A DNA stretch of 63,996 nt, counting the filler, from Asterionella formosa (taxonomy: Eukaryota), in the NCBI GenBank assembly GCA_002256025.1. It is 15 parts of 15 records of this genome, joined end to end, with 100 filler letters (N's around TTAATTAATTAA, not from the genome) between each part and the next. Parts side by side here need not be neighbours in the genome. Positions count along the whole stretch, not along the records: positions 1 to 22,378 come from NKIB01002763.1; positions 22,479 to 44,853 come from NKIB01002769.1; 13 more parts are not named here. One strand, 5' to 3'. Position 1 is the stretch's first letter; the number at the start of each line of letters is the position of its first letter. Both the position numbers and the translations under genes were made by a program. Under the pieces are notes generated by a model. That model ran no database searches. It saw nothing but the letters and a program-made list of their open reading frames with translations, and was not told the DNA's origin. Below, in pieces: positions 13,642 through 25,447 of this stretch.

Positions 13642-15660
13642 ATGGTTCGGCAAGGCAAGAACCATTCCGTGCCCTCTGAGATGCTTAACTTTCGATTTTC
13701 GACGTCTCCGCCAACCCAGCAGTCCCATTTGAACGAGAGAAGGAGAAACGATCGGCACCCAAAACCGAATCACAGCAGGCGCAACGACGAGGATCGAGCG
13801 TCAGCACGAAAAAAGCCACTGACATCTATGTTCTTCTTGCATTCTTCTGCTGCACACGCCTTTGTTCTTACACGGAAGGCCAAGCAAGGTTATTCTTTCT
13901 CCGGGCCGGATTCAACTGTATCTTGGGAATCTGTCAAGGTCGTAAAATATCTTGTGGCTTCTACTCTCCTTTCGGACTCTGCGGAAGAAACTTGTCCAGT
14001 TTGTTTGGACAGTTTTTCTTGTGCTCGAATTACCAAATGTGGACATTGTTTTTGTCTTCCCTGTCTGTTGCGACATGTTCACACCGCTACAGCGACAAAC
14101 CCCTATCAGTTGGTCAAATGTCCATGCTGTGCGCTTCCTGTTCACGTTGACGATGCTAGACCAGTGGTGGTGGAATCGATTCAATCACCAAGACTACACT
14201 CTCGAATTAAATTTGCTAAGCTTCACCGCGCTAAGGACTGTTCTTCACCCTTTATTCCGCAGATAGGGGCGATGAAGCATTCCTCGCCCCATTTCTGTCC
14301 TGTTCAAACAGACTGCGATGCGGCCTTTTCACGATTCAACTACGTCGAAAATGCTGTTTATCATTTGCAGCTATCAGCCAACCAACTTGAACTGGAAGAA
14401 AAAGAAAAGGAACTTCATCCTACTGACATGGAAATACTGTTTGTACAAATGGCTTTGGAACGTGTGAAAAATGACATACAAAAGGCGCTCGAAGAAACAG
14501 AAGAAGAGCAACAACTGATGGAACGTTTTCAGCAGCCCCAGACTGGCATGTATCAGCCCATCTCTCGTCATCTATTGGCAAGAGACGAACGTAATTCTAT
14601 TGAAGAAAATTATATAGAACATGCCACAACATCAGACGCAGCCGAGCTTTGCAGCGTACGAGGCAATTCAATGGGCTCGGAAAGCGACAGGCTAGGTCTG
14701 CCTAAACATGGCTACTCTATGGATTCGTCGGACAGCCACGAGCTCCATTATCCGCGGAAATCTCTCCGGCAGCTTCCTCGCGTCCTAGGGTCAATGTATC
14801 TTGACGAGGGATCAACTCAATTCTACCAAGCCGTAGACGGTCAACTTTGCTTTCTATCGAAATTCAACATGCAATGTCTATCGGTAGAATTTTCGGTGAA
14901 GCCACCAGAGGAGCCAATTGGCGAAAACCTTACAGCACTACAGCTTCGAAATCTACAGCCGTTACCTGATGAAGTCGAAGGTAGCATCCTCGAGATACAA
15001 CATGTTCACTTGACTCATGAGGTTCGGAAGCGTATGCCATTTCTCGCGCATCTCCCACTGTACATAGATGTTACATTTGTTGAACTCGATTTGAATCGGA
15101 TTCTCAGCGAGGCAACAAAGCAGAAATTCAAGGGAGAGTTTGAGAAAAGACGAAAGCGACGAAAAGACAAGAAAAATGTCGAGAAACGCGAAGACAGGGT
15201 TGCACAACAAAAGGAACAAGAAAGGATCAACACTCTCAAATCGCGTGTGCCGAGAATTGACCCAAACGACGAATTCTTTATTTTCCCAGAGCCTGAGTCG
15301 CTAACTGACATGGATTTTCCCTCTGTAAGTGGTGACCAAGCAATGCCAAATTCACCTGCAACCCGTCCCCTAGCTATGACTGGAATCAGTTTCAGTGCCA
15401 TCGTCAATGCCCCATCGGCAGCGGCAATGACACAAGACGCATTTCCCATGTTAGGAGCTAATTCAATTACTTCGTCTACGCCTTCACAACAGCCCAAGTG
15501 GGGACGAGGATGGCATGCTACCAATTCAATCCCAAAGTCATTTGAAGATGAACTACCCACATCACCAGCTCAAGGTAGCAACTCTGACGTTGGAAAAGGA
15601 AAGAAATCAAAGGGAAAAAAGATTCATTTGTTTTCAACCGGTGGCCAACGTGGTTATTAA
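13642..15660 (+). CDS. C3HC4 RING finger E3 ligase, RNF10/Mag2-like
   Basis: RING motif CPVC...CGHCFCLPCL...CPCC, N-terminal MLNFRF, FYQAVDGQLCFL, RKRMPFLAHLP, C-terminal KKSKGKKIHLFSTGGQR. Confidence 0.85.
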   Translation: MVRQGKNHSVPSEMLNFRFSTSPPTQQSHLNERRRNDRHPKPNHSRRNDEDRASARKKPLTSMFFLHSSAAHAFVLTRKAKQGYSFSGPDSTVSWESVKVVKYLVASTLLSDSAEETCPVCLDSFSCARITKCGHCFCLPCLLRHVHTATATNPYQLVKCPCCALPVHVDDARPVVVESIQSPRLHSRIKFAKLHRAKDCSSPFIPQIGAMKHSSPHFCPVQTDCDAAFSRFNYVENAVYHLQLSANQLELEEKEKELHPTDMEILFVQMALERVKNDIQKALEETEEEQQLMERFQQPQTGMYQPISRHLLARDERNSIEENYIEHATTSDAAELCSVRGNSMGSESDRLGLPKHGYSMDSSDSHELHYPRKSLRQLPRVLGSMYLDEGSTQFYQAVDGQLCFLSKFNMQCLSVEFSVKPPEEPIGENLTALQLRNLQPLPDEVEGSILEIQHVHLTHEVRKRMPFLAHLPLYIDVTFVELDLNRILSEATKQKFKGEFEKRRKRRKDKKNVEKREDRVAQQKEQERINTLKSRVPRIDPNDEFFIFPEPESLTDMDFPSVSGDQAMPNSPATRPLAMTGISFSAIVNAPSAAAMTQDAFPMLGANSITSSTPSQQPKWGRGWHATNSIPKSFEDELPTSPAQGSNSDVGKGKKSKGKKIHLFSTGGQRGY

Positions 15661-15706
15661 AACGTTTGGCAGCTATAGATTACTAATATTACTATTGATT
15701 TTATTT

Positions 15707-18143
15707 TCATGGGACGCCATTCGCAACCTTTCCTACTTGGTTGTCAGGCTCGGTGCCAAGCGATTGAAACCCTGAAACGAAATTAGTCAAAAACTTGCCT
15801 TTCTTTGCACTCTCGACATGAAACCAGGCTACCTCTGTATCCGCCTTATCTGCCCCTGACTTGACACGTTCCCTCATTTCCCTTTTGGTGATGGCACCAG
15901 CCTTAAAAAGTCGCTCAGTTGCTCCCTCCCAAGTGAATTTATAGAGATCTTCTTCTGTGAGAGGTGTTGGCTTGTTTTCCAGCGCCCAGGAAAGCCGTTC
16001 AACACATTCATCCATCGTTTCGTAAGCGAGACAGTTTGGAAACTGCAGAAAAAATGTATTTGAAGCTGTACGAGGGGTAGGGACCGGCAGTTAGCAACCA
16101 ATAACCATGAAAAGCACAACAAATCATATATTACTTACGGTGTTTTGGAATGATTGCAAACTTTCCCATTGCAAGGGCTTCAGCTGTTGTCGTGCACAAT
16201 ACCTCAGTAGTTGACATGTTGAGGAAAATTTTATGCGCGGGGATATCACGAATGACGGCATGGTCTTTCACACCAAGAAATCGGGCAGGAATAGGATTAC
16301 TACGGAACTCATATTTCGACCGTGGTGGATCGAAATACAAACTTTTGAATTTACTCTTTGTGCCCTCCTCACCCTGTGTCCCCGTTCGAGCTGCCTCGTC
16401 ATTCTCGATAGGACGAGTACTAAATGTCATCTTTAATCCGGCCTGGAGAATCGAATCGGCCAGTCGATAAACCGCCTTCGAGGTGGATACACCTGCCTCA
16501 GCAGATTTAAGCGAAATTTGTTCCACAATGGCCACGAATGGATGTGTATCATCCTCCATTTCTACTACCTTAAAATGCTTCCCACTAGGGGAACGAGTGA
16601 CTTCAATTGCCTTGTGCTCGGATTCGTCTATCTCGGAATGTTCTTCGAGGACCTTCTTGATGGATTCGTCGTGACCAAAAATCCGGGCAGCCTTTGCATC
16701 ATCAGCGCATTGCTTTTCACTCAAAGCAAGTCCTACCTCTTTGGATTGATCTTGTAGCTTTTGCACTCTGCGACCCAGAAAGGCCCTTGAAATGGCCTTT
16801 TCATCTGATCCTCCTCCGTACACATCCATTTTGAAGTATCCTCCTGTCTTTTGCTTGAATATTTCCTGCATCTCCAAAAGTTTATCGAATCCTTTTGCCC
16901 ATATTAGCTTTCCGATGAAGTAGACGCTAGCTAATTCTTCGTCAGAACCCCCTTCGTTACACTGTGGCGGATCCAAAAATTCAGAACGAACGCCATGAAC
17001 GTTGCAAGTCACCTCCTTATTGGGAGCAAGCGAAGGAAGGACATCACTGAGACGAATAACCTTATGACAATACGCTCGCACCACAATAGAGCTCATTATA
17101 GTAATAGCAGGTGCCGCAATGACGCTGGTTCCAATCGAATATTGGGTCATGTAAGCTCCATAATTGGTGTGTAAGATTCCGACTACATGGCGAAATTTGT
17201 AAGCCCAACCAAGTTGCTCCTTGTCACCGTGCAGTTCATTCGCAGTAGCGTTACTTCTAGAGCTGTGCTCCGTATCATCATTCACACTGTTCAATTCCGC
17301 CTTGACTTTTTCCATCGTGCTGGGACGCTTCACAACATGGGGTATACGGAACCAGTTTAAATGCTCGGGTTCTTCCAGAATGCAAATGTCGGCTTCTTCG
17401 GTAGGGATCAATCCACAAATATCCACGGAAGGGAAGATAGACCCAAATGCGTCATGGTACGCTGATTCATAAAACTCTATCTTCAGGTTAGCTTCTTCTT
17501 CAGCACAATGAGCCCTGGAGCGGCAATAGTCGCGAATCCATTCTTCTTGCTCTTGTCGAGACGAGAAGTTGCACTCTTTGCCGTATAACTTGACTCTTGA
17601 CTTCTCATTGTTAAGCCAAGGAATGACAAGTGTCACGTGATGTTTCGAACGACCACGTGTCAAATATAGTGCTCGCAAGAGAGGGTTGACTGCAGTTCCA
17701 GTTCTCCATGGGAGGGCAGCCGTTGTAACAATGCAGATTCGGCGATTGGGATCACGTAAGTTGGAGTCGTCGGTGATTTCGTCCAGTTCAGCTTCATCGA
17801 ATTCTTCAGCGCCATCGAGTAAAGAAATCTTTGGGGGGCAATCGTCCTGGCGATCCACAAGTTCATCCGGAAAGTATGATAGCACGTCATTCGGACAGAG
17901 AACTCGTTGGATTGGAGATCCAACCCTGCAGTTCATCAAAGATCTGATATTTGAGGAATTATCGACAGTATCGTCTGCTCCGATCACCATGCTGTGGTTT
18001 TTCACGTTCATTTCCAAAGCCCCGGCAGAAGAATTGTTAACATCCGAGGAAGGCGAGACGTCAATTTGGGGGGCATCAATGCTGCCTTCACGTTCGCCTA
18101 CCGCTTTGATGTACTCGGCTGTCGGCATCACTTTGTCGATCAT
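15707..18143 (-). CDS. DGD: Digalactosyldiacylglycerol synthase (GT4), 2 exons: complement join(15707..16065,16139..18143)
   Basis: Motifs IVTTAALPWRTGTAVNPLLRA, LEEPEHLNW, NVHGV, YFIGKLIWAKG, EVLCTTTAEALAMGK. Removing a 73-bp GT-AG intron restores the conserved HPSN.FF motif. Confidence 0.92.
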
Positions 18144-18648
18144 GGTCTTTCTTAAGATGATCTTTTTCTTCAGTGATTACTAATTAACTAGGACCAAGGC
18201 TATGGAGTATATGACGAATGATGGTAGATGTAGCGACAATGAGAAACACAATCATTTTGTCTGAATCACAAGAAATTGCAAAATCGTCACTGGTCTTGCC
18301 TGTGATATGTTATACACGTGTCGTACGGTTACTATTTGAAAATATATGTATTCAAGTATTAACAATTTTCAATGGAGACAACGGAAGGATGGTGGGGGCT
18401 TGTGCATCTAACGGTGCATTGTACCGGCATTCGTACTCTGGTTAACGGGTAACAGGTAGTAAACACAAGGTTCTGGAATACTCGGAGTACCAACAAGTTG
18501 CTTTCGGTAATTTTGGTTGACTTGCCACATGACAACTGTCAGTAGTGCATACAGTACTGCAAAATTACATGCGTGAACATGTAAAATACCGGTACCTAGC
18601 CTTCAAACTTTAACGCTTTCGAGTTGGCACGCCTTCACTTTTGCTATG

Positions 18649-18828
18649 AATATGATCACTTTGGCAGATATAGCAAAATGTTCTGATTTGGCAGATAAAG
18701 TAAACTTTTCTCGAATCGAGCACTGACCCAATGACTCAAATAAACTTTACAAGGTACTCGATTCGACCAAAGTTTACTTTATCTGCCAAATCAAAACATT
18801 TTGCTATATCTGCCAAAATGATCATATT
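18649..18828. mobile_element. MITE-like fold-back element with about 75-bp inverted repeats
   Basis: 18649-18723 is the near-perfect reverse complement of 18754-18828; spacer about 30 bp. Confidence 0.8.
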
Positions 18829-19140
18829 TAGACCTTAAAAACCTTATTTGAAATGATGCCACGAATATTGGTATGTAGCGGCAGGGAAGAAGCAAGGAGC
18901 AAAGAACCCATCACTTTGGGTGCAACCCGGATGCTTCACATCGGGTATGACTCGATTCAAGCTCAGAATGCAGTAGGTACCACTGTACGTTCGAGCTGGT
19001 ATATAATTATTTAGCTTAGATAATGCGATTTGTTAGATACTAATGCGATTTGTTTAGATGTAGAAAAGGGAAAACACTATCGTAGAGTACACCAGTAATC
19101 GCGGTGAGTGGCTTGAGAATCCTTGTTCATGTTGTCTCAG

Positions 19141-19466
19141 CCTTGACCATGACGAAAATAGCGATTATCTCCATCAACATTAAGAGGGACGCTTTCTGAT
19201 TTCACACATCTATCAAGCAAGACATAGAGAGTACAATCATAAAGAATTATTCTAATAGCGCTAATATTGACAACGAAAATTGAAGTCGCCAATGGCACAT
19301 TTTTCCTGTAATTTAGAAATGCGCAAGTTTTTAAACAATGATTGTTTGAGCAGATTTGACACTATACAGTGCATGCACAACAGACAATTCAATGACTAAT
19401 ACAATAACATGATTAATTGAAGCAAAAGATGTGAAATTAGTTATTCATTAACTGACATTTGATTGA
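19141..19466 (+). repeat. Dispersed repeat family, copy 2
   Basis: Colinear with 31631-31976 (e.g. GAAGCAAAAGATGTGAAATWAGTTATT) and with 2423-2640. Confidence 0.7.
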
Positions 19467-20448
19467 TCATATCAACATCGGCAATTTTTGTAGTCGTAGA
19501 TGCAGGTATCGGTGCTGACAAATGTGAATGTGTGGCAGCCCCTTCAAGGAGAAGTTCCTTCTCATCCGGACAATTACAATGCTATAACCAGGCCTTGAAG
19601 GGGCTGAGCACAACAACAACAAGTGAAAGCAACAACATGTGAGCACCATGGTGATTGGGGATTTTGCTAGCAATATTAGGCGTGAAAAAACAATATTGAG
19701 GGCATAGTTTATTGAAATACCAGGCCAACATATCCAGTGTTTCTGGAATTTGCATCAGCCATACTAGCTACAACATAAAATTACCCGAACTTGCAGGTAC
19801 CGGGAGTGTACTAGATCTCGACTACAGTACCTGGTAACACCTATTGAATACTTTGCTTAGTTATGTAGTGTCAACCTGGTTTCAACCTAGGAGAACGAGT
19901 TGCACNNNNNNNNNNNNNNNNNNNNNNNNNNNNNNNNNNNNNNNNNNNNNNNNNNNNNNNNNNNNNNNNNNNNNNNNNNNNNNNNNNNNNNNNNNNNNNN
20001 NNNNNNNNNNNNNNNNNNNNNNNNNNNNNNNNNNNNNNNNNNNNNNNNNNNNNNNNNNNNNNNNNNNNNNNNNNNNNNNNNNNNNNNNNNNNNNNNNNNN
20101 NNNNNNNNNNNNNNNNNNNNNNNNNNNNNNNNNNNNNNNNNNNNNNNNNNNNNNNNNNNNNATAGATATATATATATTATTTCTGTTGAAAAAGGGAATT
20201 GTTCTCCTGCTATGTTTGTATCCCACCCAGTTACCGGTAGTTTGTGTCGTACGACCGGGACTCCGAGTATCTACATACAGATGAATCTGATCACAAGTAC
20301 CGGTACAGAAGCATTATTCTCCAATCCTCAGCTGGGGTTTTGGATTGAGGCTTGAAATTTCAAACTCACAGGGTTTATCGCTATAACAGCCTACCTCCTT
20401 CTGTTTGGAAGACACACGACTTTCGATCAAGCCTGGTAAGGAAGCAGC

Positions 20449-21780
20449 ATGATCGCTTTGAGAATTGTTGTCAAACTGACCGAGTCAGTTCAGGACGCAC
20501 GCCGACGTCGAAGACGTCGCCAATTGTCTGCAAGTGACACCACGACATCAGAACCAACAATTACTGTCACCGATAATCGCCGCCCGTCAACTTGTCGGAT
20601 TCGAGAGCCATCGTCCATTTCGGCAATTCCACTACTGTACGCACTTTGCAAACAATGGGCCTGGCCTGCCATAACCTTTCGATGCGAAACGCATCCCCAT
20701 GAAGCTAGTGCACAGTTTACAGATGAGCGAGGAGATACGGCCCTCCACTGGGTAGTCTTTGGGAAGCCCCCCGTGGCTGTGATTCACGCACTCGTGAAGG
20801 CCTGCCCTGCGTTGGCGTTCACTTCAAACCGTGGAGGTCAGCTTCCCATTCATGTGGCAGCTTCCTATCGCGCATCTGGTGCAGTCATACGAGCGTTGGT
20901 TCACTCCTACCCGAATGGAGCAGGAGCACCCGTTCCGGGAAAGGGGTCTTGCCCATTGCACCTCATGTGTGACTATGGCTCGTCCTTGGATAGCATACGG
21001 GCTATTCTGGAATCAAAAGCAGGAGTATCAAGTTTGCGAGTAAACGATCGAATATTTGATAGAACACCACTGAGAATATTGAATCTGAGAAAAAATATGT
21101 ATGCATTTCACTTGGTGGTCTCGGATTTGCGAAATATCCGACGAACGCAAAAAGAATTGAAAGAAGCCATGTTGTTGGAAGGTGCTTATGACCAGAGTCA
21201 ACTGGACGCACTAGAAAATCAGGTTGAGCCCTTTCGAGAATACGAGTTTTGGAAAACAGCATCTCTGCTGATCCATACCGAATACACCAACACAATCGTC
21301 AACGAGGACGCTGGCAGCATCAATACAATCATTGATGAGGGCACACACTACCAAAGGTTTATACTAAACGCATGTACAACATTGTGTGATCATTGTCCAC
21401 CTTCCTTGACAGAATTAGCTTTGTTGCTTCACCCAGAACAGCTCTTGCATGGCGACGAACAAGGACGACTTCCTCTTCACAATGCAGCACAACGACCTGA
21501 TTCGACAGTTTTGTTGGACTTGTTGTATGCGTGCCCACAAGCAACCAAGATTCGAGATGCGAATGGATTTCTCCCTTTGCAATTGGCCATTCAGAGTGGA
21601 AGGGGGTGGAACGACGGGGTTGAACAGATGATCATTCTTAACCCAGCATCGATCGAGGCACTAGATTTGGACGATAGGCTTTACCCAAGAGTATGGTACA
21701 AGCTCCTACAGCAAGAAAGTGCAGATGCGATTTTTCAGTCCATTCGAGCGAAACCAAACCTTTTTGTGCTGGCACGGTGA
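20449..21780 (+). CDS. Ankyrin-repeat protein
   Basis: Repeated ankyrin-like motifs GDTALHW, GQLPIHVAA, SCPLHLMC, GRLPLHNAA, GFLPLQLAI; 443-aa ORF. Confidence 0.85.
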   Translation: MIALRIVVKLTESVQDARRRRRRRQLSASDTTTSEPTITVTDNRRPSTCRIREPSSISAIPLLYALCKQWAWPAITFRCETHPHEASAQFTDERGDTALHWVVFGKPPVAVIHALVKACPALAFTSNRGGQLPIHVAASYRASGAVIRALVHSYPNGAGAPVPGKGSCPLHLMCDYGSSLDSIRAILESKAGVSSLRVNDRIFDRTPLRILNLRKNMYAFHLVVSDLRNIRRTQKELKEAMLLEGAYDQSQLDALENQVEPFREYEFWKTASLLIHTEYTNTIVNEDAGSINTIIDEGTHYQRFILNACTTLCDHCPPSLTELALLLHPEQLLHGDEQGRLPLHNAAQRPDSTVLLDLLYACPQATKIRDANGFLPLQLAIQSGRGWNDGVEQMIILNPASIEALDLDDRLYPRVWYKLLQQESADAIFQSIRAKPNLFVLAR

Positions 21781-21843
21781 CTTGATTTGCTACTAACTAA
21801 GTGATTAAAAGTTGGAGTGTTATTGTTCCATTGTTCAGTCCCC

Positions 21844-22279
21844 TTACATACTGTCATCAATCGATTTCCCCTCCATTTCATACTCACAGCTCATAGCATT
21901 CGTTTTTAACCAGATTGTGTCCATCATTTCTTTGGCGATGAGATCTTGAGTATCAAAGATTTCGTCTGAGCCATCAATGAATGTAAACACCACACTCGGT
22001 GGTCGGGGTGATAGATTCAAGTTCTTCTCAATCACAATTTTTGGATTCGCCAATAGAAACCGAGTCGCAGATACCTGACGCATTACTTCTTTTGCAGATG
22101 TCGACCTAACATCGAGGGCTGTGTGGCAACAGAACAGGTTAATCAACAAGTGTAAAGTCATGCTTTCCTGCGAAATTGAGCGCCCGTCGTTTTTCAAACT
22201 TACGATTGAATGATATTGATACTTTTCGCACGAACTTGAACAACTTTGTGGTTACCGCGGGTTTGAACTTGATCGGCAT
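21844..22279 (-). CDS. MRPL53: Mitochondrial large-subunit ribosomal protein mL53-like, 2 exons: complement join(21844..22118,22204..22279)
   Basis: Spliced product MPIKFKPAVTTKLFKFVRKVSISFNPLDVRSTSAKE...PPSVVFTFIDG; the V.I.FNP and P.V..TF.DG pattern fits mL53. 85-bp GTAAG...CAG intron. Confidence 0.7.
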
Positions 22280-22378
22280 CGTTGTTAACTTTCGATGTTT
22301 TCGCGAAGAGCTGTGAAGAGGCAGCAGCGGGGTGGGAGCGATTGGATGTATGGGTACCTGGTACCAGTCAAAAACTGC

Positions 22379-22478
22379 NNNNNNNNNNNNNNNNNNNNNN
22401 NNNNNNNNNNNNNNNNNNNNNNTTAATTAATTAANNNNNNNNNNNNNNNNNNNNNNNNNNNNNNNNNNNNNNNNNNNN
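22379..22478. other. Artificial scaffold linker N44-TTAATTAATTAA-N44, also used at every later contig junction
   Basis: Identical 100-bp spacer with six-frame stops at 14 junctions. The flanking pieces are roughly size-sorted (22378, 22375, then about 1370-1379 bp). Confidence 0.97.
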
Positions 22479-23482
22479 TTTTTTTTCAGAACACACCATT
22501 TTGTCTGAAGAAGACCAAATGCCATTTCTATTCTTATCCTTAGCTGTGAAAGGAAAAAGTTAAATGTATCCTGTGTTGGATCATCACGTTGTGAGCCAAC
22601 AAAGGGAACAAGCATTACATCAGACAATGTGTAAGCTGCATCGCCGACCAGATAAAAACCTGTGTTGAATGCTGCAACTTGATCGAAAATGGAAGTTTTT
22701 TCAAAAGCTACTTGGTCACTGCATTTTCCCGGTGCAATTACACCAAAATAAATAAATCTTGAGTCAGCATCACAAACAGCCTGGACATTGATTCCATAAG
22801 TCATGTAGTGACCGGAAAAAAATGAACCAGGGTTGTTGCCACTTTCAACTATAGTCGGGCGGTTGATGGTGGCAAGGAAGCCGTCAATAGCACCAACACA
22901 TCCTCTCATCACGCCCTCTGAGCTTTTGCATTCAAAGCTGGAAGCCAATTTGATAAATTCTTCTTTTTCTTTTGGAAAAATAATTTCGAGTTCTTCACAG
23001 TTTAGTACAGCATCAATGAACAAATCACGACATCGATAAAGTGAAGCAATGCTACAACCGTAGGCATGACGAATGTCGATGTAACTGCCACCAGCCAGCC
23101 ATCGCAAACCAATGGCTACCACAATTTCGGGAATTATGGGCTCAGAAGTGCCACATTTGGAATAATTCCCTGCAATCTGAATTTCCAGCATGGAGGTGAG
23201 TTTTTTGAATGCTCTGTGTGACATTCTGTATGTCTTCTCGAAAGCAATCTCGTGATTGAGTTTCTCGACATGTGATTGCCAGGAGATTCTTTCGTGGTGC
23301 CACTTGTGCCTTCGTTGTCGTCGTCGTTCAGATGACTGAAGCTGCCGTTTACAGCGTCGCCTTTGTCGTTTGGATGAGTGTTCTTTTTCCTCTGCTTCCT
23401 TAGTTAAATGACAGAGGAAGAAGAAATCAAGATCACTACTGTCATCGTCATTATCATCAAGTAAATCAAATGGCGACGACAT
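22479..23482 (-). mobile_element. PIF/Harbinger transposase (HARBI1-like DDE), 3' end cut by the scaffold edge
   Basis: Motifs LRWLAGGSY, GCVGAIDG, INVQAVCD, YLVGDAAY, FNFFLSQLRIRIEMAFGLL; the ORF is open up to the gap. Confidence 0.92.
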
Positions 23483-23935
23483 GATTCATGCAAATGTGTG
23501 TTTTTAATATTATATTTAGTTTCCCGGTAATTATATTTTGTTGTTGCTTGATATCAAGACCATCATTATATTCTGGAGGGATATACACATGATCTTCGCC
23601 AGCCTGTTGCCGTTGAAGATTCATTTTACTCCATGATACAATGTGATCACAAATTAGTGATACAGTGACACTTTTGGAATGAATGAAATTCAGTTCAAAT
23701 CGAGTTACCGTTGCTGATACATTTTCAAAAAAATTCAAATTCCGTGATACACGAAAAAAAATGATAAGAACGACCCTAATGTGGTTTTTTATATTTTTTC
23801 TTTCATAATTGTAAAACATCGAATAAAATCTGAAATAGGCACCTTGCCGTCATCAGGACTGCATTGCACATCATTGGAGTCAACAAACTACCGGGACTGT
23901 ATATATAAGCTCTATCCTTCCTACTGGAAGAGAAG

Positions 23936-24991
23936 ATGTCTAGGCTTTGCATTCTTGGATTGGCCATGGGACTAGGTTTCTCCATTGTCAAAATCATTTT
24001 GTGGCCCTTTCTTGCATCAACGAGCTTGAAATCTTTCGTTGCCGAGACGCATGCTGTAAATAGAGTTTTCGCGAATAATTTGATCGAGAATGATACCGAT
24101 CCCCGACCCTCCGGTCTCCGATTGGTCCTCATGGGGGATTCCCTATCTCGATATCAGTATTTGAGTTTAGCATACTTCTTGAAGTTTGGAACTTGGTTCA
24201 TCCCTCAAGACAGGAGTTGCCAAAATTGCACTGATCTCGTCATGCAAAAAAGTTTCGGGTCCTGGTCTAATTTTTTCACTGTAACCTCCAATATGTATCT
24301 TGCCCCGTACGAACGATGTGATTGCTTCCGATTAGAAAGTTTCAATGAAGCAATTATATGGTACGCGACAGAGAATCGATACTTTTACGATGCCGAGCGA
24401 GACAATATGCTCGTCTTCTTGCTCAGCTTTGGACATTACGTTACCACACGGGGACGTTGGAATGTATCAGAGGTACTGCAATTGATGAGAAACGATTTTG
24501 CGCCACTAGTCCTCACAAAACCAAAGGCAATGGCTTGGGAATTCTCGGATTGGGCACGTGTCATTGCGGAATATGTCAAACCGCTGGGAGCTACACATGT
24601 TCAGTTCAATGCAGGCTACTGGCAGAATGAATTTGGGATTGATGGTGTGGGACAGAATTTTACCTTGGCACTTGAAGCATCCAATATTACTGGTATTTGG
24701 AGGACTACTAGCTTCCGAAACACTCGACAAATGGGCGGTAACTACATAGATTCCGAAAGGATCAGCAAAGTCATGTGTAACATGTCTAATCATTGCATTG
24801 ATATAGCATGGACTCAAAAACTTCATTTGAGTCTCTTCCTGGACGATGGCGATCACTTTCAGGAACCTGTGTATCGAGTTATGAACGAAGAACTACTGGA
24901 ACGGGTTGGTCATCACTTTCATGCAAATTATGTCAAACAAGAAAAGGTGGAACTATTCCGAGAATACTACACTAACCCTCCTACAAAATAG
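23936..24991 (+). CDS. Membrane-anchored SGNH/PC-esterase (TBL-like) O-acyltransferase/esterase family protein
   Basis: N-terminal hydrophobic anchor, LVLMGDSLSRYQY (GDS motif), FNAGYW, and a C-terminal DGDH (DxxH). Confidence 0.65.
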   Translation: MSRLCILGLAMGLGFSIVKIILWPFLASTSLKSFVAETHAVNRVFANNLIENDTDPRPSGLRLVLMGDSLSRYQYLSLAYFLKFGTWFIPQDRSCQNCTDLVMQKSFGSWSNFFTVTSNMYLAPYERCDCFRLESFNEAIIWYATENRYFYDAERDNMLVFLLSFGHYVTTRGRWNVSEVLQLMRNDFAPLVLTKPKAMAWEFSDWARVIAEYVKPLGATHVQFNAGYWQNEFGIDGVGQNFTLALEASNITGIWRTTSFRNTRQMGGNYIDSERISKVMCNMSNHCIDIAWTQKLHLSLFLDDGDHFQEPVYRVMNEELLERVGHHFHANYVKQEKVELFREYYTNPPTK

Positions 24992-25447
24992 GCAATCTTG
25001 CAAGCAACTTGTCAAATGTGTCTTGGTGGCACGAAAACTCTGTACATGTAATCAACGACCTTTTACATTCAAAGTTGCTGAACGCATGGACCTAGATGTC
25101 TCGAGTAGTGGTGTTCCACGTGACCTGGAGTGCAACGGAACGAACTTCATGCCAGGAGCAGCTATTTAGACCGGAATTACTGTCGATAATCTAAATCAAC
25201 ACATCGTGATGGCCAGTCTCTACAATGACTTGGACGAATAGCAAACAGCAGGAAGTCCTTTGAGCAATGCAACTTCCTCTGACCACATGATGACGAATAC
25301 AACATTTCACAAAATATAACTACAGATGTAACACCTATCAAACCATTCAAACATTTGTCAGGTAACCGCATCCAACTTTGCACAGAATGTGGCTTCAAAC
25401 GACATTTTTTCAAAAATAAATAGTAAACCATATTCTTACACAAAAGC

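Noticed and set aside
19830..20240. Possible insertion at a CCTGG motif spanning the N gap
   Set aside because: The termini are not TG...CA, there is no convincing TIR or TSD, and the interior is unsequenced.
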